Source: Myxococcales bacterium
Lineage (GTDB): Bacteria; Myxococcota_A; Polyangia; Polyangiales; DASUME01
Direction of reading: 5' to 3'
DNA length: 64,000 nucleotides
Assembly: GCA_047601445.1 (NCBI GenBank)
Contig: JASGJH010000001.1
Coordinates: 4,544,001 to 4,608,000, forward strand
Below are positions 1 through 10,007 of the stretch, piece after piece. The first letter of the stretch is position 1; each line of letters starts with the position of its first letter. A program made the position numbers and the translations under genes. The notes under the pieces were generated by a model, which was given only the letters and a program-made list of their open reading frames with translations, was not told the DNA's origin and made no database searches.

Positions 1-419
1 TGCCCATAGGTCCAGGCAGCCGTACGCAGATTCCCACCCACCCACTGCTCGGGATCGTCCGAAGCTTGCACCGCCTTCTGAGCGCCCGAGGCGCTGCACA
101 CGGCGCAGGCTTCCTGAGCTTTTGCATCGCGCGTCATCTCGTGGCTGCCGTCCTGCAGCTCGTGCCCGGCGTCGCGCATGGCATGACCCGCGTCGTGCAG
201 CGCGTGACCCGCGTCGCTGAGCAAGTGGCCACCCGCGTCGAGCATGGCCATGCCCGAGTCCGCCAGCATCGTGCCCGCGTCCATCAAGACCTCACCGGCG
301 TCGGCGGTCATGTCACCGGCCGCGTCGACGATGCGGTCGCTGCAAGCGACGGCGAGGCCCGCCGCAGCACCAAGAATGGAGAGCTCGAGCGCGCGTTTAC
401 GAAACTGCTTGTTGGACAT
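1..419 (-). CDS. Lipoprotein with ~7-residue DAG repeats (3' end runs off window)
   Basis: Read manually, not in ORF track: ATG at 419 gives MSNKQFRKRALELSILGAAAGLAVAC (lipobox) then DAAG/DAGE/DAGT/DSGM/DAGG/DAGH repeats; open to window edge. Confidence 0.7.
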   Translation of the reverse strand, partial: MSNKQFRKRALELSILGAAAGLAVACSDRIVDAAGDMTADAGEVLMDAGTMLADSGMAMLDAGGHLLSDAGHALHDAGHAMRDAGHELQDGSHEMTRDAKAQEACAVCSASGAQKAVQASDDPEQWVGGNLRTAAWTYG

Positions 420-608
420 GGCGCCTTATAGTGGCGATCCACGCTCAGCCACAAGCGCATCGCGCCGCGCACGCCGACGATCACCCCGACTTTCGAAACG
501 AGCTCGCCGGACCGAGCCTCCGTGCAACGGACGTGTGAACTCGATGGGGCTTTTCCGCGCAAGGCACACTGGTCATGGCTTGGTCTGCGGGTACGCTTCG
601 GCCCAACC

Positions 609-2510
609 ATGCTGAGTGACTCCCCCGCCAGCGTTGCTCGGACCAGGGCGATTTCGCGAACCGTGGTGTGGTCGACCGTGGCGACGGTCCTGGCAGGCGG
701 CGCCCTCGCCCTCCACGTCCACCACTACTATCCCTACTTCGCCGATGACTCTTTCATCTCCATGCGCTACGCGGAGCGCTTGGCCGACGGCCTCGGTCTC
801 ACCTGGAGCTCGGGCGACAGGGTCGAGGGCTACTCGAACTTCCTCTGGGTCTTGCTGCTCTCGCTGGGCAAAACCCTGGGCTTCGAGATGTTGGGCTGGG
901 CGCGCGCGCTCGGCGTGGCGTGCACCGCCGCTGCCATGGCTGCCATTCTCTACGCCCATCGCCCGAGTCGCGTTCAGGAGCTCGGACCTTCCCTGTTCGG
1001 CATGTTGTTGGTGGCAGGCTGCGGGCCGGTCGCGTGCTGGTCCATCGCGGGGCTCGAGCATCCGCTCTTGATCGGCCTACTCTCGTGGGCGCTTGTACTG
1101 AGCGTGCCCTTCACCGAGGCAGACATCTCGCAGCAGGGGCTGCGCCCGCTCTACGTGGGATGTCTGTTCGCGCTCCTGGTGTGGGCGCGCGCGGACGCGG
1201 CACTCTTCCTGGGTTGCGCGGGCTTGGTGCTCGCGCTGTGCGCCAGGCCGTCCATCGCTCGCGTCAAGATGTTGGCCTTGCTCGCCGCACCAGCGGTGTT
1301 GGCGCTCGGCGCGCAGTTCCTCTTCCGTCGCCTCTATCACGACGATTGGCTGCCCAATACCTACTACGCCAAGGTGGCCTACACCGTGGAGCGCTTCAGC
1401 CAGGGCTACCGCTACGTGAGCGACTCCGACTGGCTGGAGCGCGCTCCCTTCATCGTGTTCGCGCTCGGCCTCGTGGCGATTCCCTTCGCGCGCGGCGCTC
1501 GGGCACGCCTCTTGTTGTACTGGCTGCCCTGCTGCACCTGGTTTCTCTACGTGATCGCCATCGGCGGCGACAACATGCCGCAGCGCCGGCACCTGGTGCC
1601 CTTCATCGCACTGAGCGGGTTGATCGGGGCGGAGCTGTTCGCGTGGTTTCAACGAGGCAAGCGCTGGCGCGGCGCGTTGGCCACACTGCTCGCGCTGGGC
1701 CTCCTGTGGCACATGGCGAGCAAGGAAGAGGACAACCCCAGTAAGCGCGCGCGCGGACGTAACTGGGTGTGGGACGGCAAGGCCATCGGCGAGCTCTTGT
1801 ACGAGGGATTCGGCGCGGATCGACCCGTGCAAGCACAACCACTGTTGGCCGTGGACGCCGCCGGCGCGCTGCCCTACTACGCCAAGATCCCCGCGCTCGA
1901 CATGCTCGGGCTCAACGATCGCTTCCTCGCGCATCACCCGCCGCCCACCTTCGGCACCGGTTGGGTGGGCCACGAACTCGGGAACGGCGATTACGTGATG
2001 TCGCGCTTGCCGGACCTGATCGTGTTCGGTCTTCCCAAGGGCCAGGAGCGCGCAGCCTGGCGGGGCGGCAAGGAGATGCAGGCGCGCCCCGACTTCCGCA
2101 GTCGCTACTCCCTCGTGGAGTTCGACACCCACAACTCCGAACGCCTGCGGGCCTTGATCTGGACCCGACGCGAAGGTGGTGCGGTGGGCATCACCCGTAC
2201 GCCCGGGCGAATCCGTGTGCCTGGCTATCAGCTGCACGGCCGCTTCGCGGTGGCGCGGCTGCGCGGGGATCACATGGAGTTGTGGATTCCACGTGCGGGC
2301 AAGGTGGGCACCACGCTCGCACTTCCGGGCGGCCGCTATCGCGTTCACGTCGAGGGCGATGCTTCGCTCACGCTTCAGGTGAGCGGCGCTGGAACATCCC
2401 TCGAGGGTGACGTGTTGAGCCAGAGCACGGCAGGCAATATCAAGCTCGACATCAGCGCTCCGAGTGAAGCTCCCGCGATGCTACGGGCGGTGGTGCTCGA
2501 CGCGCTCTGA
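609..2510 (+). CDS. Polytopic GT-C fold membrane glycosyltransferase (AftB/ArnT-like)
   Basis: DDSFISMRYAERLADGLGLTWSSGDRVEGYSNFLW motif after first TM, many TM helices, PNTYYAK and DMLGLND motifs. Confidence 0.7.
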   Translation: MLSDSPASVARTRAISRTVVWSTVATVLAGGALALHVHHYYPYFADDSFISMRYAERLADGLGLTWSSGDRVEGYSNFLWVLLLSLGKTLGFEMLGWARALGVACTAAAMAAILYAHRPSRVQELGPSLFGMLLVAGCGPVACWSIAGLEHPLLIGLLSWALVLSVPFTEADISQQGLRPLYVGCLFALLVWARADAALFLGCAGLVLALCARPSIARVKMLALLAAPAVLALGAQFLFRRLYHDDWLPNTYYAKVAYTVERFSQGYRYVSDSDWLERAPFIVFALGLVAIPFARGARARLLLYWLPCCTWFLYVIAIGGDNMPQRRHLVPFIALSGLIGAELFAWFQRGKRWRGALATLLALGLLWHMASKEEDNPSKRARGRNWVWDGKAIGELLYEGFGADRPVQAQPLLAVDAAGALPYYAKIPALDMLGLNDRFLAHHPPPTFGTGWVGHELGNGDYVMSRLPDLIVFGLPKGQERAAWRGGKEMQARPDFRSRYSLVEFDTHNSERLRALIWTRREGGAVGITRTPGRIRVPGYQLHGRFAVARLRGDHMELWIPRAGKVGTTLALPGGRYRVHVEGDASLTLQVSGAGTSLEGDVLSQSTAGNIKLDISAPSEAPAMLRAVVLDAL

Positions 2511-2929
2511 GCTAGCTCGTGGGTGGCTCACCGAAGGGCTCGAGCGCCGATCGATGGGGGTCCGCCTGCCGAAGTGGTGCCCGATGCACCCTGTGTGTCT
2601 CACCTCATCCCGTTGAGCCGGCTCACAGTCTGGATGGCTCGACGTGCCCATTTGGGGGGCAAGCTCACCGAATTCGCCGACTAGCCTGAACGGGCCGAGA
2701 CGTAGTCATTTGGATTGCAAGTCCGTAGCGGAGTGTGGCCAAGCCAACCAAATGAAAAAAACGAGCTAGATTGGGGGGTTGAACCCAATTTTTTGGTTGG
2801 ACCGGGGGGCATACGCAAATTGACCATGATGAGCTGGTACACGCCAAGGTGGGTTGCAAGCAAGTTTGCTCATCGTGTTTTGTTCATTAGTTTCATATAG
2901 TTGACAGCTAGCCAACCGGGTCACCCCAA

Positions 2930-2951
2930 GCGTGCAATCCGGATTGCACGC
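2930..2951. promoter_or_regulatory. Perfect 22-bp palindrome, putative operator
   Basis: GCGTGCAATCC/GGATTGCACGC about 70 bp upstream of the cytochrome gene, in an AT-richer intergenic region. Confidence 0.55.
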
Positions 2952-3022
2952 GACCATGACCCATGTAGGCCGAGATTTACATTCCGAGTCCCTCTTTGGT
3001 GCTCCTAGCATTGGGACCATCT

Positions 3023-6000
3023 ATGGAAGCACCAAGTACACCCAGATACCCAAGGTGGTTGCGTGTGGTCGCCGGTTTGGCGTCCACCGTGACCGTTGCT
3101 TGCGGCGCGGATGATGCTTCGGTGGCGGGGCCTTCTTCGGACCAGATTGCCGACGAGCAGCCAGCAGCCATCGAGGACCATTCCGCCGCGAATCCCGCCG
3201 CTGACCCGTCCGTGGTCGCCACGCTCTATCAGAAGTGGAGTGCTGGGCACGAGGCTCGAGGCGGCGACAACTCCGTCCCCATGCGCCTCGGCTCGTTCCG
3301 AACGCTCACCGCGGATCCTGCCGATGCTGACGGCGTCGCGGTGTTCGACCTGGTCAAGGGTCACGTAGCATTGCAAGTCGACGGCCTCGCAGGCGGCGAC
3401 GTATGGTTGGTCGACAACGCAGACACCAGCTCCGTATTCCCGGACGCCGCCGATAAGATGGTGCGCATCGGGTCGTTGACGCTGGTGGAAGGCGCTGACC
3501 AGTACGCGCTCGACGTCGACTTGGACAAGAATCTCCTGTCGACCTTCAGCATCGACACGGTAGCGATCACCGAGCCGGGCCGGAATCCCATCGAGGCCGG
3601 CGTGCTCTATGGCCGCATGAGCCTGTTCAACCGCATGTACACACAGGAGCGGTTGGCCAAGCTCAACGGTGGCATCCAGAAGAGCAACGACAGGCTGTTC
3701 GTGCCTGCGTTGGCCACGCTCGACGAGTCGGTGGCGCGCGGCTTCGATCTGTTCACCACCGAGACGTTCGGTGGCAACGGTCGTACCTGCTCCACCTGCC
3801 ACAGCGTGGAGAACAACTTCACCATCGATCCCGACTACATCAAGAAGCAGCCCAACAACTCGCCGCTGTTCGTCCACGAGTACAACCCGGCGCTGGCCGG
3901 GCTCGAGGCGCCGCACATGCTGCGCGAACTCGGCTTGGTGCGCGCCAACGTCGACGGCTTCGACAAGCCCGCTCGACTGCGCTCGGTGCCCACCATCCAG
4001 GCGCTCTCTACCAGCATCGTGATCAGCGCCGGCCCCTGCGCGCGCGCACCGATCCCGAACACCGCGCAGTGCGGCTTCCCGCCCAACGTCGGTCCGGTGG
4101 ACCTGCGCGGCAAGCCCATCATGTTCGGACCGCTCTCGAACGCGAAGTTCCGCGAGGGTCTGATCATGGTGGAGAGCACGGGCTGGGGCGGCGACGGCGC
4201 CCCCCACGATGGCTCGCTGCTCAACTTCGCCTTCGGTGCCATCGCGCAGCACATGACCAAGACGCTCAACCGCGTCGCGGGCGTGGACTACCGCTTGCCC
4301 ACCGAGCAGGAAGCCGACGACCTCTTGCTGTTCCAGCTCGCCGTGGGCCGCCAGCAAGACGTGGACACCGACAAGCTCGTGTTCTCGGACACCAAGGTCG
4401 AAGCCGGCCGCTCGCTGTTCGACCACGCGCCCGGTGGCTGCCGCGACGCCAGCGGTGCTCCGCACTGCGGTTGCACCGGCGACGTCAACGGTAACCCCTG
4501 CGGTATCGACGTCCCGTCGACACCCGACGGCGCCGCCTGCGGCGCTTGCCACGACAAGGCCAGCGCCAACAGCGCGCTGCTCGCGCTGCCGAACGTGGTG
4601 AACCGCGTCAGCATCAACTTCGACATCGGCACGGTCTCGCGACCGAACACGGTGGCGCAGCAGAATCGCCACGCAGTACCCGGCGACCGACCCCCTCCCC
4701 ACGGACTGCGGCTTCGGCCGTCTCTCCGCCTCGGAGTTCAAGTCGTTCTGCCACTACATCGTGAGCTTCCCGCCCTACAGCTACAACGCGCCTTGCGAGA
4801 CGGGTCCGGTTCTGCCGCCCTTCGATTGCTTCCGCGCGCCCGGTGCTCCCGAGATCGCTTGCAGCGCTGCCTGCGGCGGTGCCGGACAACCCGCGTGCAA
4901 CGGTTGGGGTCCCAACGTGAAGACCAGCACCCACGTCGACAGCCGCATGCCGATCCACGGCCGCAGCGCGTTCGAGGTGACCACCTGGCCGCTCGGTTGG
5001 TACTTCGCGGAGAAGTCGTGGTGCGACGAGAACTCCTCTTCGCTCCCGCTTCCCATCATCACCGCCGGCATGCCCAGCGAAGCCGTGTGCGAGAGCACCA
5101 TCGGCGACCACATGGAGTGGGGCCCGAGCAACGGTCTCCTCTTCTGCTCCAACAATGCGGGCTGCGCCGCTTATCCCGGCTCCACCTGCGTGAACGGCCA
5201 GTGCACCAACGTGCCGGGCTGCAAGTGCCAGGACAACAGCGCCTGCCGTAACGACTCCTTCTGCTTCCGTCAGCCCGGCAACCCCATCGACGGCTACTGC
5301 CTGGGCCTCGGCACGGCGAAGACCACCTTCGATCCCAACAACCCCGCGCACGTCGCGCGCGCTGCCAACCGCATCATGGTGGAGCCCACTCCGGTGTGGT
5401 CTGCCTTCGGTCGCGTCGGCACGCCTGGCGGCATGCTGCCCCCCGGCGTCCCTGGCGCCAAGGGCGACGCTTGCAATCCGTTCCTGAACGGAACGCCGGC
5501 TGCCGCTGCCAACTGCTTCGGACCGCAGATTTGTATCGCGGGCCCGAACCCCGCCGCGGGCACCTGCGGCCAGAACCCGAACTGGACCGCCCAGAAGCTC
5601 GCCTTCTGCGAGCAGACCCAGCAGTACCCCAACAACGAGCTGCCCTTCGGCTGCTTCCCCGGCAGCCCGAACCCGGCCTGCCAGAGCTGCATTCCCTGGA
5701 ACCCGGCGATCCACCAGGCGTGGGCCGACGGCACCAGCAAGAAGACCCAGCATCGTCCGGTTGGCGTGCCGCCTCCTTGCTTCATCAACGCCGTCACGCT
5801 GCCCTACGAGCGTAACTGCGGCGCCCAGAACCCGCCCTTCACGCCCGGTGCTGGCAACGAAGGTTACGGCGACGGCACGTTCGTGACCCCGCCCCTCATC
5901 GAGGCCGCGGACACGGCGCCCTTCTTCCACAACAACTCGGCTGCCACGCTGGAAGACGCCATCGCCCACTACTCCTCGGCCCACTTCGCCGCCGCCTCCG

Positions 6001-6524
6001 GTGGCAAGTTCCCGAACAACCCCACCAACCTCGAGCCCATCTCGCTCGACACCACGGAGATCGGTCAGATCGCGGCCTACCTGCGCGCCCTGAATGCGGT
6101 CCAGAACATCACGCAGGCCCAAAAGGCTCTTGAGCAGGCGTGGTTCAACCCCACCTCGTTGCCCGGTGACGGCCGTATCGCCTACGCCGACACCGAAATC
6201 CAGGATGCCATCGACGTCCTCAAGGACAGCAAGATCCACATCCACACGCGCGCACGCCTGGTGGTCGCACGCGCGGCGCTCGTGGTGGCCTACGACAGTG
6301 GCCACAGTGAGACCGTGGTGCGTGGCTTGCTGGCGGGTGCGCTGTACCAGCTCGCCCAGGGTCGCGACGACATCGTCTCGTTCAATGGTGATGCCAACGA
6401 GTGGGAGGCCACGCAGTGGATCCCCGACCTCAACGACATCATCAACGGAACCATCGACGGTACCATGCAGACCGCCCAGGAAGAGGCGTTCGAGCAGACG
6501 CTCATCACGCTCTCGGACGACTGA
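3023..6524 (+). CDS. Large di-heme cytochrome c (bCcP/MauG-superfamily-like) lipoprotein with Cys-rich insertion; split by +1 frameshift at ~4664
   Basis: Lipobox TVAC; ETFGGNGRTCSTCH and CGACH heme motifs in ORF 2996..5251; C-terminal GDGTFVTPPLIEAADTAPFFHNN in ORF 4761..6524; removing one A at 4664 fuses them (~1166 aa). Confidence 0.75.
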
Positions 6525-6554
6525 CACCCACACACACCGCGTGACGAACGCGTG

Positions 6555-6594
6555 AAGCGGCGCCCCGGCTCGAGCCTGGGCGCCGTTTCTGTTT
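6555..6594 (+). terminator. Intrinsic terminator
   Basis: GC hairpin GCGGCGCCCCGGCT-CG-AGCCTGGGCGCCGT followed by TTCTGTTT, just after the stop at 6524. Confidence 0.7.
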
Positions 6595-6640
6595 AAGGCT
6601 GTGTTACCCTTGGCATCGAGCAACGGAGTTGGTGAGAGCG

Positions 6641-7153
6641 ATGACCCAAGAGACCATGCGCGAAGCGCGCCTGACCCCGCGCGAAGAACAGGTCGAACTC
6701 GGCGAAGAGACCGAGGCGCTCTTGACCTTCCGCGTGGGAAGCGCGCTGCTCGGCGTGCCAGCCGAGCTGGTACAGGAGGTCACCGATCGCGGCGAAGCCA
6801 GCCCCATCCCGCTCGCCCCCAAGCACGTGGTGGGCTTGATGCCACTGCGTGGAGAAGCCATCCCGCTGGTGGACATGAACCGCTTCTTGAGCGTGGAGGC
6901 CCAGGCGTCCGACGTGGACCTGGAGCGCCCGCCACGTGTGCTGGTGGTGGCGGCGGAGGGCATGGTCGTCGGACTGTGTTGCGAGCGTGTGATGGGCATC
7001 GAACACGTGCCCTTGTTGGCCCTGGCCCCACCACGCATCCACGCGCACTCGGCGATGGCGCCCTACGTAACCGCTGAGGCAGATCGCGACAGCTCGGTGT
7101 TGGCGCGACTCAATCTCGGTGCGCTCCTGAAGGCCGCTCGCGTCAGCGCGTGA
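6641..7153 (+). CDS. cheW: CheW adaptor protein (FrzA-like)
   Basis: LTFRVG..LGVP.E.V.EV, IPLAPKHVVGLMPLRGEAIPLVD, VVGLCCERVMGI CheW pattern. Confidence 0.85.
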   Translation: MTQETMREARLTPREEQVELGEETEALLTFRVGSALLGVPAELVQEVTDRGEASPIPLAPKHVVGLMPLRGEAIPLVDMNRFLSVEAQASDVDLERPPRVLVVAAEGMVVGLCCERVMGIEHVPLLALAPPRIHAHSAMAPYVTAEADRDSSVLARLNLGALLKAARVSA

Positions 7154-7227
7154 AATGGTGCGGCAGAGCCCGCATTTAGCCGTGAATAACCGGTTCGGGG
7201 TGCAAGCTCCAATGCCGTGCCTGAAGC

Positions 7228-7290
7228 GCGCAAAAACTGCGCAAAAACCGGGTGATCAGTGTCCAAAATGGGGCGTGATCGGCGTATACT
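7228..7290 (+). promoter_or_regulatory. Tandem direct-repeat operator and -10-like hexamer
   Basis: GCGCAAAAAC at 7228 and 7239 (11-bp spacing), TATACT at 7285-7290 upstream of ORF 7326. Confidence 0.35.
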
Positions 7291-7325
7291 CGAGAGCGCA
7301 GCGATACTTTGCCTGAGGGACTCGA

Positions 7326-8117
7326 TTGGCAAGCTACGAAGCCAAACCACTAGTGCTGGTGCTCGATGAACGGGCCGCCGAGTCCGGCCGGGCCTTCGAG
7401 GATCTCGAGAGCAGCTTCACGATCAAGCGCATCGTGTCCGTGATCGGCTGCAACGCGCAGGAGCAAACGCTCGCCGGTGTCGTCCTGCACCTCAGCGCGA
7501 GCGAGACCCGCACCCTCACGCTGCTCAAGCTGCTGCGCGGCCAGCGCGGCGTCGACGCGACCCCCATCTTTCTACTCTGCCAGGCGCCCATCGAACCCCT
7601 CACGCAGGCGGTCCAGAGCGTGCCTGGAGTCGAAGTGCTCGACGTGGCCCGGGCCCATCTGCAGCTGCGAGCGCGCATCCTCACCGCAGCCTCCAGCACG
7701 GGGCGGCGCCTTTCCCAGCCCGACGTGCAGCCGGCGGCTGCCGGCACCCCTCACGAACGTCTGCAGCGCCGCTTCCTGGTGCACAGCGCCGAGCGCGGCC
7801 AACGTGCACTCGCCCTGTGCGACGAGCTGAAGACCAACCACCTGCCCCCTTCGCGCCGAGCCGCCTTGCTCGACGAGGTCAAAGACCTGCTCAACATGAT
7901 GAAGGGCGAAGCCACTATGCTGCGGCTGCGCTCCGTGGCCGAGGTGCTCACCACCGCCGAGACCATCGTCTCCCGTATCGATCAGACGCCCGCCAAGGTC
8001 GTCATGCCCATGGGCGTCCTCGATCTCTTCAGCGACCTCGCTTCGCTCAACGCCAGCGGTGCCAACATCGGATCATTCGACGCCGACATGCATCGAAGTC
8101 GACTGCTCGAGAACTGA
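7326..8117 (+). CDS. Degenerate receiver-like domain plus Hpt-like domain protein
   Basis: N-term LVLVLDE...VVLHL...LLKLLR...TPIFLL (REC-like); C-term LLNMMKGEATMLRL (Hpt-like, His replaced by Asn). Confidence 0.6.
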   Translation: MASYEAKPLVLVLDERAAESGRAFEDLESSFTIKRIVSVIGCNAQEQTLAGVVLHLSASETRTLTLLKLLRGQRGVDATPIFLLCQAPIEPLTQAVQSVPGVEVLDVARAHLQLRARILTAASSTGRRLSQPDVQPAAAGTPHERLQRRFLVHSAERGQRALALCDELKTNHLPPSRRAALLDEVKDLLNMMKGEATMLRLRSVAEVLTTAETIVSRIDQTPAKVVMPMGVLDLFSDLASLNASGANIGSFDADMHRSRLLEN

Positions 8118-8475
8118 CTCCAGCGATCTTCGCTGGCAAGCCTAGCCCGGGGTTGGCGAGGCTGGCGTGGGCAGCCCGCATGCGGCTTTCGTCGATGAGG
8201 GAGCGAAGATTGCAGCATTCCTCGCGCAGGCGCCGACACAGCGTTCGCGAAGTGATGCCCATGCGTCGAGCGACGCCGTCGACCTCGATCGTGCCGAGAC
8301 GCTGATATCAAAGGTTGGACCAGAGCTCGAGCGACACGGACTGGAGGTCCAACAACCCTCTAGCGCATGGTCTGGCGGAAGCTGCGACCACTTGAGACAT
8401 CAAATACGGCAGTCGAGTCACCCGAGCCGCGGTTAGAAGGAGGACGCCGCAAAGCGTCGGCATGCGAGGACTGCG

Positions 8476-9187
8476 ATGACAGCGATTCGTCTTAGCCTAA
8501 CTATCCGAACGGTTGCGCGAATTCCGCTCCTTGGGCTCGTGTGTTTGGTGGGTATCGCCTGCAGCTCCAAGGAGAAGGCGCCGCAGACGGACGGTTCTGT
8601 CGAGCACGCGCGCGGCGATGGCGATGGCGACGGCGATGGCGACGGAGACGGAGACGTCGGTGGCGACGGAGACCTGGGCGGCGATTCTCGTCGTCCCGCG
8701 GGATTCGGGCGTATGTGGCGCAAACCTGGGCTTCAATCCTCAGGGCTGCGGCTGCGTCGCCGGTGAGAAGGCCTCATGCTGGACAGGCGCCCCCAACAAA
8801 CGCAACGTCGGGAAGTGCAAGGACGGGACGCAGGAGTGCCTCGCCAGCGGCGAGTTTCCCGAGTGGGGTCCGTGCGAGGGCGAGGTCCACGACTGTGGGG
8901 ATCCGCCTCCGCCCGAACCAGAGGGTTGTCCCTGCATTCCGGGTCAAATCATCGGATGCGACGAGGACTGTAAGGCGGGCGTGATCTGTGCACCGTCCTC
9001 CACCAAGGTCTGTCAGCCGGACGGCGTGTTCGGGCCCTGTCGTGAGTCCTTCCTTCCCACGGCGGACACCAATCTATCCGGATGCATCAACCTCTTCCAC
9101 GGCTGCTTCCCGGACAACCCGGAAGGAACCTTCGTTGGAGACTGCAGCAAGTCCTACAAGTGCGGGCACGCTCCCAACGCTATGTAG
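8476..9187 (+). CDS. Cys-rich lipoprotein with GD linker; +1 frameshift at ~8685
   Basis: Lipobox GIAC and GDGDGD run in ORF 8476..8766 join the Cys-rich domain (CWTG..GKCKDGTQEC..WGPCEG) of ORF 8513..9187 if one T is removed. Confidence 0.7.
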
Positions 9188-10007
9188 CTTCGGCGCACCC
9201 GACGCGCTGAGGGGATCCTGCCGCGTCTTCGCTTCCCTCCGAGGACTCTGGCTTGGCACTTCATGCCTGCTGGGGTGCGCAATGGAGGCGTCTGCCCCGG
9301 AAGTTGTCGTCCAAAGTTCCCTGCTCGCAGCCCCTGCCGAAGCTGACCACGGGGACCTCTGTGCCGACGTCGGATACGTTCGCGCGTGCTGGGACCGAGC
9401 TGTCGAGAGCGCGCGCTGCCGCGGGGAGACGTGTCTCGTGCCACGCCCCTCGGTCGAGCGCTTCGCCGTGAACGAGTACCGGTGCTCGGGGCAGGGTCCC
9501 CTGCGGGTCTGTGAGCCGCGAGCAAACCAAGCGGGCCCGTTTTCCTGCCACCACGGACGCTGCGTACAGGCGATGCCCCGAACGCCGGATTCGGCCGAGT
9601 GGGCATGCGTCGAAATGGCTGGCGTGGTGTTCTGCAGGTCGTTCGTGGGCGCCGCTGGTGTATCACCAGGAGCGCGAGACCCCGCCTTCCTGTGTGGTCC
9701 GCGCCGCGGGGCGAAGGCGGAGACCATTTGCGTGGATTTCGCGCCGGATCCGCCGCCCGGTAGCGATCCGCAGGTTTGCCAATTTCGCTACGAGTCGGGG
9801 ATCGCCGAGCGAGTGTGTAAAGCCGCTGGCAAGGCAGCGCGGGTCGGGGCTCCCTGCCGTTCGGCAAGCGAATGCCCCTCACCGGCCACGTGTGTGGCCG
9901 GCTCATGCCTACCACCGCGACCACGTCCTGCCTGTTGGCTCGATGAGGACTGCGGCGCCGGGGGCAGTTGTCACTGGGGAACTTGCTTGGAAGCTGGCCC
10001 TCGATGA
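8988..10007 (+). CDS. Cys-rich secreted protein or lipoprotein (true start probably after 9187)
   Basis: LLGC lipobox-like segment and many Cys, ending C..DEDC..GGSC.WGTC; stop overlaps next ATG (ATGA). Confidence 0.55.
   Translation: MHRPPPRSVSRTACSGPVVSPSFPRRTPIYPDASTSSTAASRTTRKEPSLETAASPTSAGTLPTLCSFGAPDALRGSCRVFASLRGLWLGTSCLLGCAMEASAPEVVVQSSLLAAPAEADHGDLCADVGYVRACWDRAVESARCRGETCLVPRPSVERFAVNEYRCSGQGPLRVCEPRANQAGPFSCHHGRCVQAMPRTPDSAEWACVEMAGVVFCRSFVGAAGVSPGARDPAFLCGPRRGAKAETICVDFAPDPPPGSDPQVCQFRYESGIAERVCKAAGKAARVGAPCRSASECPSPATCVAGSCLPPRPRPACWLDEDCGAGGSCHWGTCLEAGPR

Noticed and set aside
4700..5251. C-terminal part of ORF 2996..5251 as real protein
   Set aside because: Out-of-frame read-through after the 4664 indel; the coherent sequence continues in the other frame.
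8167..8436. 89-aa ORF
   Set aside because: No recognisable motif or clear RBS; may be regulatory DNA.
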